A stretch of DNA of 64,000 bases from an uncultured virus (IMG/VR IMGVR_UViG_3300003937_000141) (IMGVR_UViG_3300003937_000141), one strand, 5' to 3'. Positions 36,064 to 45,404 are shown, numbered from the stretch's first letter. Made by a program: numbers and translations. Notes: generated by a model from the sequence alone, not told the origin.

Positions 36064-37170
36064 ATGATTACAACAGATTTTATGGGACGAGATGGCTTCA
36101 CTTGGTTCACAGGTGTGGTAGAAGATAGAGCAGACCCGCTTAAACTTGGCCGAGTTAGAGTACGCCAGTTAGGTTATCACACGGAAGACAAGGAGGCCTT
36201 GCCGACCGCTGACCTACCATGGGCGCATCCCCTATTACCGATTACATCCTCTGGCATCAGCGGCATTGGCCATACGCCACTTGGCTTGCTTGAAGGCAGC
36301 TGGGTGATTGGTTTCTTTAGGGACGCAGATACGAAACAAGACGCAGTAATCATCGGAGCATTGCCAGGCAAGCCCCTTACAGATGGCGCAACGAACCTGG
36401 CCGTGGGCCAGGGCTTCTCGGACCCCAATGGGATTTATCCGAGATACGCTGAGGAGTCAGACGTAAATAGATTAGCGCGGAATGACGCAGACACAGAGGA
36501 GGCCTCATACCAACACATCACATTGGAGGCCAGAAAGACTTTCAGAGCGGCCTCATATACAAACATACCAACAGGTAATATTATCCCAATACAAGCTCCG
36601 CCAGTGAATACGCCCCTATCAGAAGGAGACGTATGGTCCTTACCTGCTAATACGTATGCGGCCGAGTACCCATACAACCACGTATTCGAATCAGAAAGCG
36701 GCCACCTATTAGAATTTGACGATACGCCCAATAAGGAGAGAATCCTTTTATATCACCATAGTGGGACAGAAACAGAAATCACGGCCGCAGGTACCAAGGC
36801 CGAAGTCAACAAAGATTCAACATACAATATAACTGAAAAGGACAATAAGGTCTACATTAAGGGCACCTCCGACATTACAATAGGTGGCCGCCATAAGGTC
36901 ATTATCAATGCTGATGGTGCGGCCGATAACAATTACGATATACAGATAGGGCCTAATGCTAATGTAAACATACAGGTAGATAAAGGGAATGTGAACATAG
37001 CCGCTTTGGATGGTAATATGAATTTGTTTGCTAATAACAATTTCAACCTATCGGTAGGGGGTGTACTGGACATACAAGCAGGCCAGATTAAAGAACATTC
37101 ACACAGCACCTCTACACGTACAGCTGCTGGGGAGTACCACACGTATGGCTCACCAATTGACCATAACTAG
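36064..37170 (+). CDS. gp5: baseplate hub/spike protein (gp5-like, no lysozyme domain)
   Basis: WFTGVVEDRADPLKLGRVRVR, LPWA, GSWVIGFFRD, YPYNHVFESESGH..EFDDTP, beta-helix tail. Confidence 0.92.
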   Translation: MITTDFMGRDGFTWFTGVVEDRADPLKLGRVRVRQLGYHTEDKEALPTADLPWAHPLLPITSSGISGIGHTPLGLLEGSWVIGFFRDADTKQDAVIIGALPGKPLTDGATNLAVGQGFSDPNGIYPRYAEESDVNRLARNDADTEEASYQHITLEARKTFRAASYTNIPTGNIIPIQAPPVNTPLSEGDVWSLPANTYAAEYPYNHVFESESGHLLEFDDTPNKERILLYHHSGTETEITAAGTKAEVNKDSTYNITEKDNKVYIKGTSDITIGGRHKVIINADGAADNNYDIQIGPNANVNIQVDKGNVNIAALDGNMNLFANNNFNLSVGGVLDIQAGQIKEHSHSTSTRTAAGEYHTYGSPIDHN

Positions 37171-37236
37171 GACGTGTCACAGGAGCACTATTAGGACTGG
37201 CTGGCTTTGTTAATCTATAAAAGTAGTAAGTAACAT

Positions 37237-37425
37237 ATGAATATAACGAAGCAGGCTTTTATGGTCCTACATATAGGATTTTTTTTCGTATTAATTTTAT
37301 TACTATTAAGTTGTGCTAATGTAAAGTTTAATTGTGATATAACTAATATAGAAAGTCCCAACATAGAGGGCGCGGTTGAGGAATGCAGGGATAACCCAAC
37401 TGCAATGATTACAAAGGAATTCTGA
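37237..37425 (+). CDS. small lipoprotein
   Basis: LLLLSC lipobox; C...C pair. Confidence 0.6.
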   Translation: MNITKQAFMVLHIGFFFVLILLLLSCANVKFNCDITNIESPNIEGAVEECRDNPTAMITKEF

Positions 37426-37504
37426 GGATGGCTAATATTATACATAGTGATGTTAGTCCCTCCAGAGAAGTGCTAGAGCTAGCATTATTACATATAAGGA
37501 AGGT

Positions 37505-37846
37505 ATGATTACACTTACGCAAAACGCAATCACGCAATTAACTAACATAGCAAGTAAAGCAAATACTCGTTATGTGAGATTAGATATTAAGGGTGGTGGT
37601 TGTGCAGGCTACGAATACAAATGGTCTACTACAGATATAAGGGAAGATACAGATTGTTTATTGGAAGATGTACTTATTGTTTCAATGGAATTAGAAATGT
37701 ATTTACTAGGGACTTCGTTAGATTGGACAACGGATACGTTTAAGTCGGAGTTTACGATAACTAATCCTCAAAGCAAATCAGGATGTGGCTGTGGTGAATC
37801 GTTTAGTTTAAGGGAAGATATAGGAGATGGAGGTAATTACTCCTAA
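37505..37846 (+). CDS. iscA: A-type Fe-S carrier (IscA/SufA/ErpA, HesB family)
   Basis: ITLTQNA, GGGCAGYEY, LLGTSLDW, NPQSKSGCGCGESF. Confidence 0.93.
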   Translation: MITLTQNAITQLTNIASKANTRYVRLDIKGGGCAGYEYKWSTTDIREDTDCLLEDVLIVSMELEMYLLGTSLDWTTDTFKSEFTITNPQSKSGCGCGESFSLREDIGDGGNYS

Positions 37847-37913
37847 AAAATTTTCGCATATCTTCGAGTCTATTTAAAGTGTAACTGTGCGGCCTTTTTC
37901 AATAAATAGTAAT

Positions 37914-38000
37914 ATGTTAAAACTGTTTATTATCTTTTGGTTATTAATGATATTGATTGCTGTGGGTATGGGATATTACCATGGACATATAATAATATGA
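37914..38000 (+). CDS. small TM peptide (28 aa)
   Basis: MLKLFIIFWLLMILIAVGMGYYHGHIII after late motif AATAAATA (37901); ATGA overlap with next gene. Confidence 0.5.
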   Translation: MLKLFIIFWLLMILIAVGMGYYHGHIII

Positions 38001-38863
38001 TTCATAAGACAACCACACCTGTATTGATATCTATGCCACGTAGTGGTTCTCATTACGTAGGTTCCTTTTTAAGAGAAACATACAAAGGACGTGGGGTAAC
38101 ATTCCCTGGTGGTAGTGAATTATTTTCACCTGACTTTGTTACTAGAACCACCGATGTGATAGAGTTGTTTGAATTTATACGTAATAAAAGCAAGATGGAT
38201 ATCTTCACCGTATTTCATTCTGACCATTTATCTAATAACATAAACATACCAGCAAGGCCAAAGTATGAAACCTTGTTTGATTGGTTTAAAGAATTTTATG
38301 ATGGTTATCAAATATGCTTATTACGTAGAAAGAATTTATGGAAGACCTATATCAGTTGGTTGTTTCATCATTCTATAAAGACTGCTTTTCTAAAAGGTAC
38401 CGAGAGTTTTTCAGCAAGGGATTATGAAACCTTGGATGATGTCCACCCTTGGCATAACATACGAGGTAGTCAAAACAATGAAATCGTAAAATCAACAATA
38501 CAACAAATATCACCAAAGTTTGTGCATAGAGAAAAGCTGTGGCAAAATTTTTTACGTGAGTTGCGTTATTTTGAGGAAGAAATTATTACCTATTATGTCA
38601 AAGGTAAATACAATCATTTAAATGTACGTAGTTGGTGGTTAGAGGATTTAGATGATGAGAAGCTTTCAGAATGGTATGTACCAGAAGAAAGACGTTTTAC
38701 AAAGGCAGGTGGTATAAACACTTTTGTTATGGAAGAACCAATAATTCCTTTTGATATTAAGTATGAAACCTACTTTAAGAAAAGTGAGTTAGAAAAAATT
38801 AAAGAAAAATTAGATAAAGTAGTAGATACTGAATTTAAGCATTATGGGTACGTGGTAAATTAA
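37997..38863 (+). CDS. sulfotransferase-like protein (Stf0-type)
   Basis: ISMPRSGSHYV 5'-PSB loop and LLRRKNLWKTYISW 3'-PB-like motif; start moved to ATG 37997. Confidence 0.65.
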   Translation: MIHKTTTPVLISMPRSGSHYVGSFLRETYKGRGVTFPGGSELFSPDFVTRTTDVIELFEFIRNKSKMDIFTVFHSDHLSNNINIPARPKYETLFDWFKEFYDGYQICLLRRKNLWKTYISWLFHHSIKTAFLKGTESFSARDYETLDDVHPWHNIRGSQNNEIVKSTIQQISPKFVHREKLWQNFLRELRYFEEEIITYYVKGKYNHLNVRSWWLEDLDDEKLSEWYVPEERRFTKAGGINTFVMEEPIIPFDIKYETYFKKSELEKIKEKLDKVVDTEFKHYGYVVN

Positions 38864-39692
38864 ACGCCCACGCTTTTTCATAACACCAGAAACATTGCCA
38901 ACACCAAGCATTAAAATCTCTTGTTTGTCTAGCAGAACCTACACAAGACCGAGTTATAGGAAATAAGTCTTTCATTAGACCTTCTTCTCTAAAGACACCA
39001 GCAACAAATTTCTTATTAACATTTAACCAAGGTTGATATACATTATATCTTAATTCTGGTTTGTCATTTACATCACGTCTTGCTTCTCCTTGTACTCTAT
39101 CAATATCTGTTGCTGTATAATTGTTTGATGGAAATCTAGCTTTCACAGCGTCACCAAATGCCATACGAACAGCCTTCGGTGGGTTCTTACTCATACCGTC
39201 AAGTCTAATAGGTCGGTCAATTGTTTTCATAAAGTTTGGTATTAATTTATCCAGTTGCATTACCTTTGCTACCTGTACTACAGACATTGTGCTGTATGCG
39301 TCATCTGAAGCTATAAGTTCTTTTGCTTTAGGCCAGTAACCACCAACCTCTCTATCATTAAAATCACCTATGGTAATATCATTTAACTTACCATCTGGAA
39401 ATCTCATTTGGAGATATTCTACTATTGCTGTAGCTGCTACAGCGTCTTTCGGTGCGTTTACATCATTACAACAATACGGATATATTTCTATTTGTGGAAA
39501 GTGTTTTAATGTTAGATAAGTTGCAGCCGCTGAATCACAACCACCTGATAATGATACAACAACCCTTTTAGGTATAAACTTTTCATCAAAGTCTATATCT
39601 TTTAAACAATTTTCTTTGTAAGGTGATTTTTCTACCAATGATTTTATTTTTGTATAAAACTCTACTGTTTGATTACCATATGTTATGTGCAT
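38835..39692 (-). CDS. QueC-like PP-loop ATPase
   Basis: VSLSGGCDSA PP-loop; TRSC...WCWQCFWCYEK Zn site. Confidence 0.8.
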   Translation of the reverse strand: MHITYGNQTVEFYTKIKSLVEKSPYKENCLKDIDFDEKFIPKRVVVSLSGGCDSAAATYLTLKHFPQIEIYPYCCNDVNAPKDAVAATAIVEYLQMRFPDGKLNDITIGDFNDREVGGYWPKAKELIASDDAYSTMSVVQVAKVMQLDKLIPNFMKTIDRPIRLDGMSKNPPKAVRMAFGDAVKARFPSNNYTATDIDRVQGEARRDVNDKPELRYNVYQPWLNVNKKFVAGVFREEGLMKDLFPITRSCVGSARQTRDFNAWCWQCFWCYEKAWAFNLPRTHNA

Positions 39693-39693
39693 A

Positions 39694-40464
39694 TTATTTA
39701 AATACTCCTTGTCTTACTTTTCTCCAACGCTCTAGTTCTGGCGTTACATTAAAGTATTCCTCATTTTTTATTTTTTTAACTATATTTTTTTCACTAGGTT
39801 TAGGAAAGTTCTCATATTGCTTTTGTACATTTTTTCTTAATGTTCTGGACTTTGGATCAAAACCTCTATTTGTTTTAACCAGTAATAAGGTCATACCTTC
39901 CTTTTGTGCAATTTCTTTTGCTTGTTCTATTTCGTGTTCGTTGTAACCGAATATAATATATTGCCATACAATAGCGTGTCCCATTTGTACACCTAGTTGC
40001 ATTGATTCCCATACTTGTTTAAAGTTTGAACCAATACGATAGATTTCGCTTTTAACATCTAAGCCATCTACACCAAAGTACCAAGAGTTTTCTCCTAATC
40101 CATAACTGTATGCTTTTTCCCACCACTTCATATCCATACTACCGTCTTTTGTATTTGTACCATTGGTTGCAATTCTCAACCCTTTACCTAAACCGTCCAT
40201 CATTTCTAAAAATGCTAGAAAATCAGGATGATATATTGGGTCTGATATTTGGCCACAAAAGGTTATTTGATTTTCGTAATAGTTCAATATTTTTCTAAAC
40301 TCGTTTTTACCTATATCAAATGATCTTTTTATTCTTGGAAGGCCTTCTACTTTTTGACGGAGACATTGTGGACAACGCAATATACATCTATGCGATAAAT
40401 CCATATTCGGTGATGAAAGTTTTTGATTTCTTATATAGAAGTCTGTTAGTTTTTCTTGTATCAT
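39694..40464 (-). CDS. radical SAM protein (no C-terminal SPASM)
   Basis: CILRCPQC, FCGQISDPIYHP, IATNG, FGVDGL, YRIG, WQYIIFGYNEHEIE. Confidence 0.9.
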   Translation of the reverse strand: MIQEKLTDFYIRNQKLSSPNMDLSHRCILRCPQCLRQKVEGLPRIKRSFDIGKNEFRKILNYYENQITFCGQISDPIYHPDFLAFLEMMDGLGKGLRIATNGTNTKDGSMDMKWWEKAYSYGLGENSWYFGVDGLDVKSEIYRIGSNFKQVWESMQLGVQMGHAIVWQYIIFGYNEHEIEQAKEIAQKEGMTLLLVKTNRGFDPKSRTLRKNVQKQYENFPKPSEKNIVKKIKNEEYFNVTPELERWRKVRQGVFK

Positions 40465-40784
40465 TTTTTATAAGTATCTTTTTCTCTATTGCCACATTTA
40501 TATTGGCATTGTTTCAAAGCACAACTAGGATTATTTATTAGAGCGTCAAAGAAGTTTTCCCATTCTTTAGAACCATATATGTCTTCTAACTTCTCTACAT
40601 TTTTTAAAGCAAGGTGTTCATCTTTCAAATGGAATACTTCTTCTACACCGTGGTCGTTTTTAGGGTCATCTAACCAACAACAAGGTAACATAAAACCGTC
40701 TGCTGTATATGCAGCTGGTTTATGATAACTTTTAGGTTGATAAGTCAAACATCTAGGTTTGATTTTTATATCTTTTGCTTCCAT
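40461..40784 (-). CDS. stand-alone SPASM/twitch-like Fe-S domain protein (copy 2)
   Basis: KPRC, ADGFMLPCCWLD, CQYKCG. Confidence 0.75.
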   Translation of the reverse strand: MEAKDIKIKPRCLTYQPKSYHKPAAYTADGFMLPCCWLDDPKNDHGVEEVFHLKDEHLALKNVEKLEDIYGSKEWENFFDALINNPSCALKQCQYKCGNREKDTYKK

Positions 40785-41089
40785 TTCACATTACCACATT
40801 TATATTGACAATAATTCATAGCCTTACTAGGTCTATTTATTATAGTATCAAAAAATGCTTCCCATTCTTTAGAACCATATATTTCTTCTAACTTGTTAAC
40901 GTTCTTTACTGCAAGATGATTATCTTTTAAGTGCCATACTTTTTCTACATCATCATCCACTTCAGGCTGATCTAACCAGCAACAAGGCAACATAAAACCA
41001 TCTGCTGTATATGCAGCTGGTGTATGATATTCATTCTCCATTGGAAAAGTCAAACATCTAGGTTTTATCTTTATGTCTTTTTCGTCCAT
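40766..41089 (-). CDS. stand-alone SPASM/twitch-like Fe-S domain protein (copy 1)
   Basis: KPRC, ADGFMLPCCWLD, CQYKCG; tandem paralog. Confidence 0.75.
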   Translation of the reverse strand: MDEKDIKIKPRCLTFPMENEYHTPAAYTADGFMLPCCWLDQPEVDDDVEKVWHLKDNHLAVKNVNKLEEIYGSKEWEAFFDTIINRPSKAMNYCQYKCGNVKWKQKI

Positions 41090-41120
41090 AGTATAATTAT
41101 ATCACTTAATCTTACTATTG

Positions 41121-41981
41121 TCAAGCCTTGCCATTTCCTGAACCATTGGCCATTTTCTTTTTGAATACTTCCCAATCTTGTTCATATCTTTCGTCATTTA
41201 CCCATACATCAATTTTTTCAAAGTTATACCAATACTTCTTTATTATATCTTCATCTATCATTGATGGAAAAACCCAGTTTTCATCTGGTAGTCCTTTTTT
41301 AGCTTCCTTGACTTTTATATCTCTATTATATACATACGGATGTACTTTACGTTCCAAATTTTCATTTGGGTAACCAACACCCACAAGTAATCTAGGCTCT
41401 GTTAAACAACTCAATAGATTTTCTATAGAGTCTGGATTATTAGCACCTTTCTCAAAGGCACTACAGAAACCTGTTTTGTAACCAAGTAAGGCTGCTGACA
41501 TAGTTAATTGGCCAGACGATATCCCTATTGACATTGCTTTTTGTTCAAACAAAGTTTCTTTTGCTATTGGCGAAGCTTTGTCTGATCTAGCAGCTATTAT
41601 ATGTGTACCACCTCTTAAATTTTTCTGGTCATCACAAAACACAAAAACAGCGCTAGCACGTATTTGTGAATTTTCAACAGCATATCTTTTATCTGACTTG
41701 TGAAGGTTGTCCTTCGCCTTATCAGTAAAAATTTTATCTGTTTCTTTGTTTGTTTGAAAAGTAAAATTTTTTGATCTATCATAAATTTCTTTTATGACAA
41801 CAGGATCAGTATATACTCTTAAATTAAAATGTGTTTCATTTTGTTTTGATGGAGAATTTGAAGCAACATAAATTAGAGTTTCTAAATCCTTTTGTGGTAT
41901 GGATTTAGTCAAGTCATAGTTTCGCTGTGCTCTTTTCGCCACATCAATTGCATTAATTATTTCATTATTTGTATTATTCAT
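41121..41981 (-). CDS. nitroreductase-family flavoprotein
   Basis: RAQRNYD, SNSPSKQN, SIGISSGQL..SAALLGYKTGFC, VGVGYP; AAGGAG RBS and AATAAATA upstream. Confidence 0.85.
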   Translation of the reverse strand: MNNTNNEIINAIDVAKRAQRNYDLTKSIPQKDLETLIYVASNSPSKQNETHFNLRVYTDPVVIKEIYDRSKNFTFQTNKETDKIFTDKAKDNLHKSDKRYAVENSQIRASAVFVFCDDQKNLRGGTHIIAARSDKASPIAKETLFEQKAMSIGISSGQLTMSAALLGYKTGFCSAFEKGANNPDSIENLLSCLTEPRLLVGVGYPNENLERKVHPYVYNRDIKVKEAKKGLPDENWVFPSMIDEDIIKKYWYNFEKIDVWVNDERYEQDWEVFKKKMANGSGNGKA

Positions 41982-42078
41982 TTTGTCTCCTTTTAATTAT
42001 TTATTATAAATATAAGTGAGTATATAATCTTATATTTAAATCCCGAACATTGCTAGAAATCAAACGAAGGACTTATAT

Positions 42079-42336
42079 ATGGCAGTAAAGCCTAAAAAGA
42101 TTACTATGTCTTCCTTAAAGAGGAAAGCTCCAAAAGTGCCTGGCTTGACGTGTATTAATATTGATAACGTTATAGGGCAATTGGAGAAGTTAGTTGAACA
42201 TAAGAAGAAATTAGATAAAAGACAATTAAAGTCTTTAGTGAAAAGATTAGAAAGATTACGAAGCACCAATGAATCATTAAGAGATAGTGGTATCTATTGG
42301 TATGAAAAACTTAAACACTTATTAAAAACGAGGTAG
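42079..42336 (+). CDS. hypothetical protein
   Basis: AAGGA RBS; APKVPGLTCINID, LRSTNESLRDSGIYWY; TATAAATA near 42005. Confidence 0.75.
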   Translation: MAVKPKKITMSSLKRKAPKVPGLTCINIDNVIGQLEKLVEHKKKLDKRQLKSLVKRLERLRSTNESLRDSGIYWYEKLKHLLKTR

Positions 42337-42532
42337 ATTTATGAATTACTACTTTACAGGTATTTTGATATTAATGTTTATAGCACTAACATTGCTAGTG
42401 AGCCCTAATTGGCCGATATCTTAATTGATTAACGTTTAGTTAAAAAGAAAAAAGAACAGAATATAGCACCTAATACAATTACTCTCAACTCTATTGGTGA
42501 ATTCCAGAATATGTCAAATATTTCTATCATTA

Positions 42533-43852
42533 TTAAAATTTGTTGTGGACTAATTTCATCCAGTTATAGTTTCTATGAATGGCCAGTACCGAAGTGATCT
42601 TATTATTTTCAAAATCAATAACAATGTTTTGACCACCGAAGCCGTCCATAATTAATATAGGTTTATTTCTTTTACCAGACATACCTACATAAAATTGTCC
42701 AGCATACGAGTTTGAATTAGACATACCCTTTGTAGTATCGTTTACTCTAAAACCTTTATCTATTTTATTTTCATATAAAGATTTTAAATATTGTCCTTCG
42801 CAAGTATTATTATTCCAATCATTTAACATTGCAACAGCAATTCTTAAATAATCATATCTTGTTATGTGCATTCCATAAGTTACTGTGGGTTGTTTTCTTT
42901 TTGCACCACGTTGTTTATAAAATACCATATCATATTCAATTCCCACTTTATCAACAAAAATTTCATTTAACATTTTTTTAAATTCTTTATCACCCATTTT
43001 ATATAATATATAACTAGCAATTATGTTTGTATTCATATTTGAATACCAATATTTTTTATTTTCTGACGCCGTTGAGTTTTTTAATTCTTTACTTAATAGA
43101 CTTTGAACGGAGTGACCGTTAACCCATCTTTTTGAGTTTCTAAAACTTGTATTATCAAAATACTTTTGGTCACCAGCAGCCATATTTAAAAGATTGATTA
43201 ATGGTTGTCCTTCGTATAATGTATTTTCTAAAATATCCCAATTTAATGGTTGATGTATACCATCAACGTATCCTCTACAAACAGCGTGGCCTGTTATGTA
43301 TGAGAATATAGATTTACCAACCGAGTTGGAAACGTATCTAGTTTTATTTTTAAAAATTTTACCAAATCTATCTTTAGGAGTAATTTCATCTATCACAACC
43401 GCACCATTAACATACATTAAATAACTTAATAGTGCTGTTTCATTTAATTGTTCAATTACAAAATCGTCCGTTTTAAGATTAAACTTAAATTCTTTTATTT
43501 TATTCTTTTTCTTTTTTATTTTAAAGAAAACACGATTCATCTCATTAGGATTACCATAACTAATATATTTTTTTAAATAATGTTTTAAGATTTTATTATC
43601 TGGAGTTGCATCCTGTGGAATCTCACCTGAATTATAAGGATAACCTTTCGTAGGAGTATTTCTATCATCAATTGTTTTAACTTTAGGTTCTTCTTTATCA
43701 CCACCACACTCATTATAATACCAGAGCATGGAATATTGTTTTTCTGTATTACAATCAAACGCATTCGCTCTCGGTACATAACATAGGAATAAACCTATTG
43801 TTATAAGTCCCAAAAGTAGATTTATTTTAATTATCGTCCAAATTATTCTCAT
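42533..43852 (-). CDS. exported serine hydrolase, beta-lactamase/PBP (class C-like) family
   Basis: Signal peptide; SVGK (SxxK), LLNMAAG, WYSN (YxN), MDGFGGQ. Confidence 0.85.
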   Translation of the reverse strand: MRIIWTIIKINLLLGLITIGLFLCYVPRANAFDCNTEKQYSMLWYYNECGGDKEEPKVKTIDDRNTPTKGYPYNSGEIPQDATPDNKILKHYLKKYISYGNPNEMNRVFFKIKKKKNKIKEFKFNLKTDDFVIEQLNETALLSYLMYVNGAVVIDEITPKDRFGKIFKNKTRYVSNSVGKSIFSYITGHAVCRGYVDGIHQPLNWDILENTLYEGQPLINLLNMAAGDQKYFDNTSFRNSKRWVNGHSVQSLLSKELKNSTASENKKYWYSNMNTNIIASYILYKMGDKEFKKMLNEIFVDKVGIEYDMVFYKQRGAKRKQPTVTYGMHITRYDYLRIAVAMLNDWNNNTCEGQYLKSLYENKIDKGFRVNDTTKGMSNSNSYAGQFYVGMSGKRNKPILIMDGFGGQNIVIDFENNKITSVLAIHRNYNWMKLVHNKF

Positions 43853-43855
43853 ATA

Positions 43856-44197
43856 TTATCTTTTATAAATTGCAAATGATGTAGCGTGTTGTTTTATACA
43901 ATGTGATTGGTCTCTATTGTAGATACCTGGGATACTAGGACCCCTATATTTAATTCTCCAACTACCGTTCAATTTACCAAAGGCATAATACAACCCTAAT
44001 AGATACATAGGTATATTTTTTGCAATTGATTCTTCATTGTCGGGACTTCTATAAGTTCTTAAAAAAGCGTCAAAGTTATTACTCATATTTTTAAGAGAAA
44101 TTCCCTTTATAAAATTTGGGAAAGGTTGTTCGTTTGGAATATTGAAAACAACACCATTTTTCATAAAAGTGTTATTGTTTAATTTTAAAGTACTCAT
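43856..44197 (-). CDS. early hypothetical protein
   Basis: KNIPM...RIKYRGPS...ATSFAIY; packed minus-strand cassette. Confidence 0.7.
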   Translation of the reverse strand: MSTLKLNNNTFMKNGVVFNIPNEQPFPNFIKGISLKNMSNNFDAFLRTYRSPDNEESIAKNIPMYLLGLYYAFGKLNGSWRIKYRGPSIPGIYNRDQSHCIKQHATSFAIYKR

Positions 44198-44433
44198 TAT
44201 GCAGTCTCCTTTACAAAGTGATAAAATGCAAAGTCATTAGTAGGTGACAATACAGTTTTGTTTTCTAAATTACTTCTTAAATATGATTCTTTAGAGAATA
44301 CACACTCAATAGAATCGGTTTGTATTAATTTATTAATAACTACATCAATTTGAGAATTGATTATATTATTAGTATGTGGATTTTTTTGTATATTCATCAA
44401 CGATTTGATGATTTGTGATTTTTCTATTTTCAT
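44197..44433 (-). CDS. early hypothetical protein
   Basis: TAATG overlaps on both sides. Confidence 0.65.
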   Translation of the reverse strand: MKIEKSQIIKSLMNIQKNPHTNNIINSQIDVVINKLIQTDSIECVFSKESYLRSNLENKTVLSPTNDFAFYHFVKETA

Positions 44434-44690
44434 TATGATATCCTCGCTGGGTCTTGGTTAACAATTTCGTCATATCCGTGAACACCACGAGCAGAGCGTA
44501 AACCGTTGTTTAAAGTATCATATCCGTTTTGGATATGTGAAACTTGGTCGTGTAAATTCATTGAACCACCGTGTGATTCAGAATGCATACGATCCAAATT
44601 TGATAATATGTTTAAATTTAATTCTATTTGGTCGTTCAATCTTTGCATATTTGCAAGTGCTTGAGCAATCATTTGGTCAGTAGTAATCAT
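44433..44690 (-). CDS. early hypothetical protein
   Basis: TAATG overlaps on both sides. Confidence 0.65.
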   Translation of the reverse strand: MITTDQMIAQALANMQRLNDQIELNLNILSNLDRMHSESHGGSMNLHDQVSHIQNGYDTLNNGLRSARGVHGYDEIVNQDPARIS

Positions 44691-44989
44691 TATATTCTTT
44701 CATTATTAGAATACCAAATAGACTCATATGTTCCGTCTCCTGATACTCTTTCCGTTTCGTGTACTGGTCCTCTAATTGTAAAGTTCCAATGTTGAAACAT
44801 TGTGTTGTTAGTGATTAATCTTTTATACATTTTACGTGCTTTTTCTAAAGTCGTATAAGGACCAGCATAATCAGTATGATCCATAAGTTTAAAGTCTAAA
44901 TCAGCGTCTCCCATATGCAATTCAGAAATATAATAGTTCTTTTCTAAATGTGCAGGATATTCGGATTTAACTAGTAGGGTTTCCAACAT
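44690..44989 (-). CDS. early hypothetical protein
   Basis: Start moved to ATG 44989 (TAATG overlap): MLETLLVKSEY. Confidence 0.65.
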   Translation of the reverse strand: MLETLLVKSEYPAHLEKNYYISELHMGDADLDFKLMDHTDYAGPYTTLEKARKMYKRLITNNTMFQHWNFTIRGPVHETERVSGDGTYESIWYSNNERI

Positions 44990-45165
44990 TACTTGTTTTC
45001 TCCCATAGTATAGATTGATAAAAATGCCGAAACTATCATAATTCCGAACATTACAAAAAACATTGCCCAATTGTCATTTCCTAGACAATGTCCTCCACAA
45101 TCCTCAATAAATCCAACTGCCATAATAGCAGCGAATATCGTAGTTAATGAAAATATAAAATTCAT
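44989..45165 (-). CDS. small 2-TM early protein
   Basis: AAGGA RBS; MNFIFSLTTIFAAIMAVGFIEDCGGHCLGNDNW. Confidence 0.7.
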   Translation of the reverse strand: MNFIFSLTTIFAAIMAVGFIEDCGGHCLGNDNWAMFFVMFGIMIVSAFLSIYTMGENK

Positions 45166-45204
45166 AGTGTTTTTCCTTCTGTTTTCTCTCATTATTATAA
45201 GTAT

Positions 45205-45233
45205 ATAATACACTATTTTTCAACGGAAAACAA
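45205..45233 (-). promoter_or_regulatory. early sigma70-like promoter (minus strand)
   Basis: GC-TTGTTT-N17-TATTAT; TAGTGTATTATATAC is identical to the promoter at 7709-7741. Confidence 0.75.
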
Positions 45234-45304
45234 GCAAAAAATGGTGAAAAAGTCCGTTTTTTTCCCTTATTTTCTGCGATTTTTTGGTATTTTTGGCAAA
45301 AGAT

Positions 45305-45319
45305 GTTCTTATTTTGTTC
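45305..45319. promoter_or_regulatory. alphaproteobacterial-type LexA (SOS) box
   Basis: GTTC ttatttt GTTC, intergenic between divergent promoters. Confidence 0.65.
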
Positions 45320-45404
45320 TTTTCCTTGATTTCCCTTGTTTTTTCAACAAAAAGCCGTCATTTCTATCATATAAATAGTAGAAACGAACCAAAATGAGGT
45401 AATT

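Noticed and set aside
38835..39692. Calling a 7-deazaguanine DNA modification system from the QueC-like gene
   Set aside because: No folE, queD, queE or dpdA in the window, and the adjacent radical SAM is not QueE-like
39924..39940. Fourth GTTC...GTTC pair
   Set aside because: Spacer is 8 nt rather than 7 and it lies inside the radical SAM coding sequence
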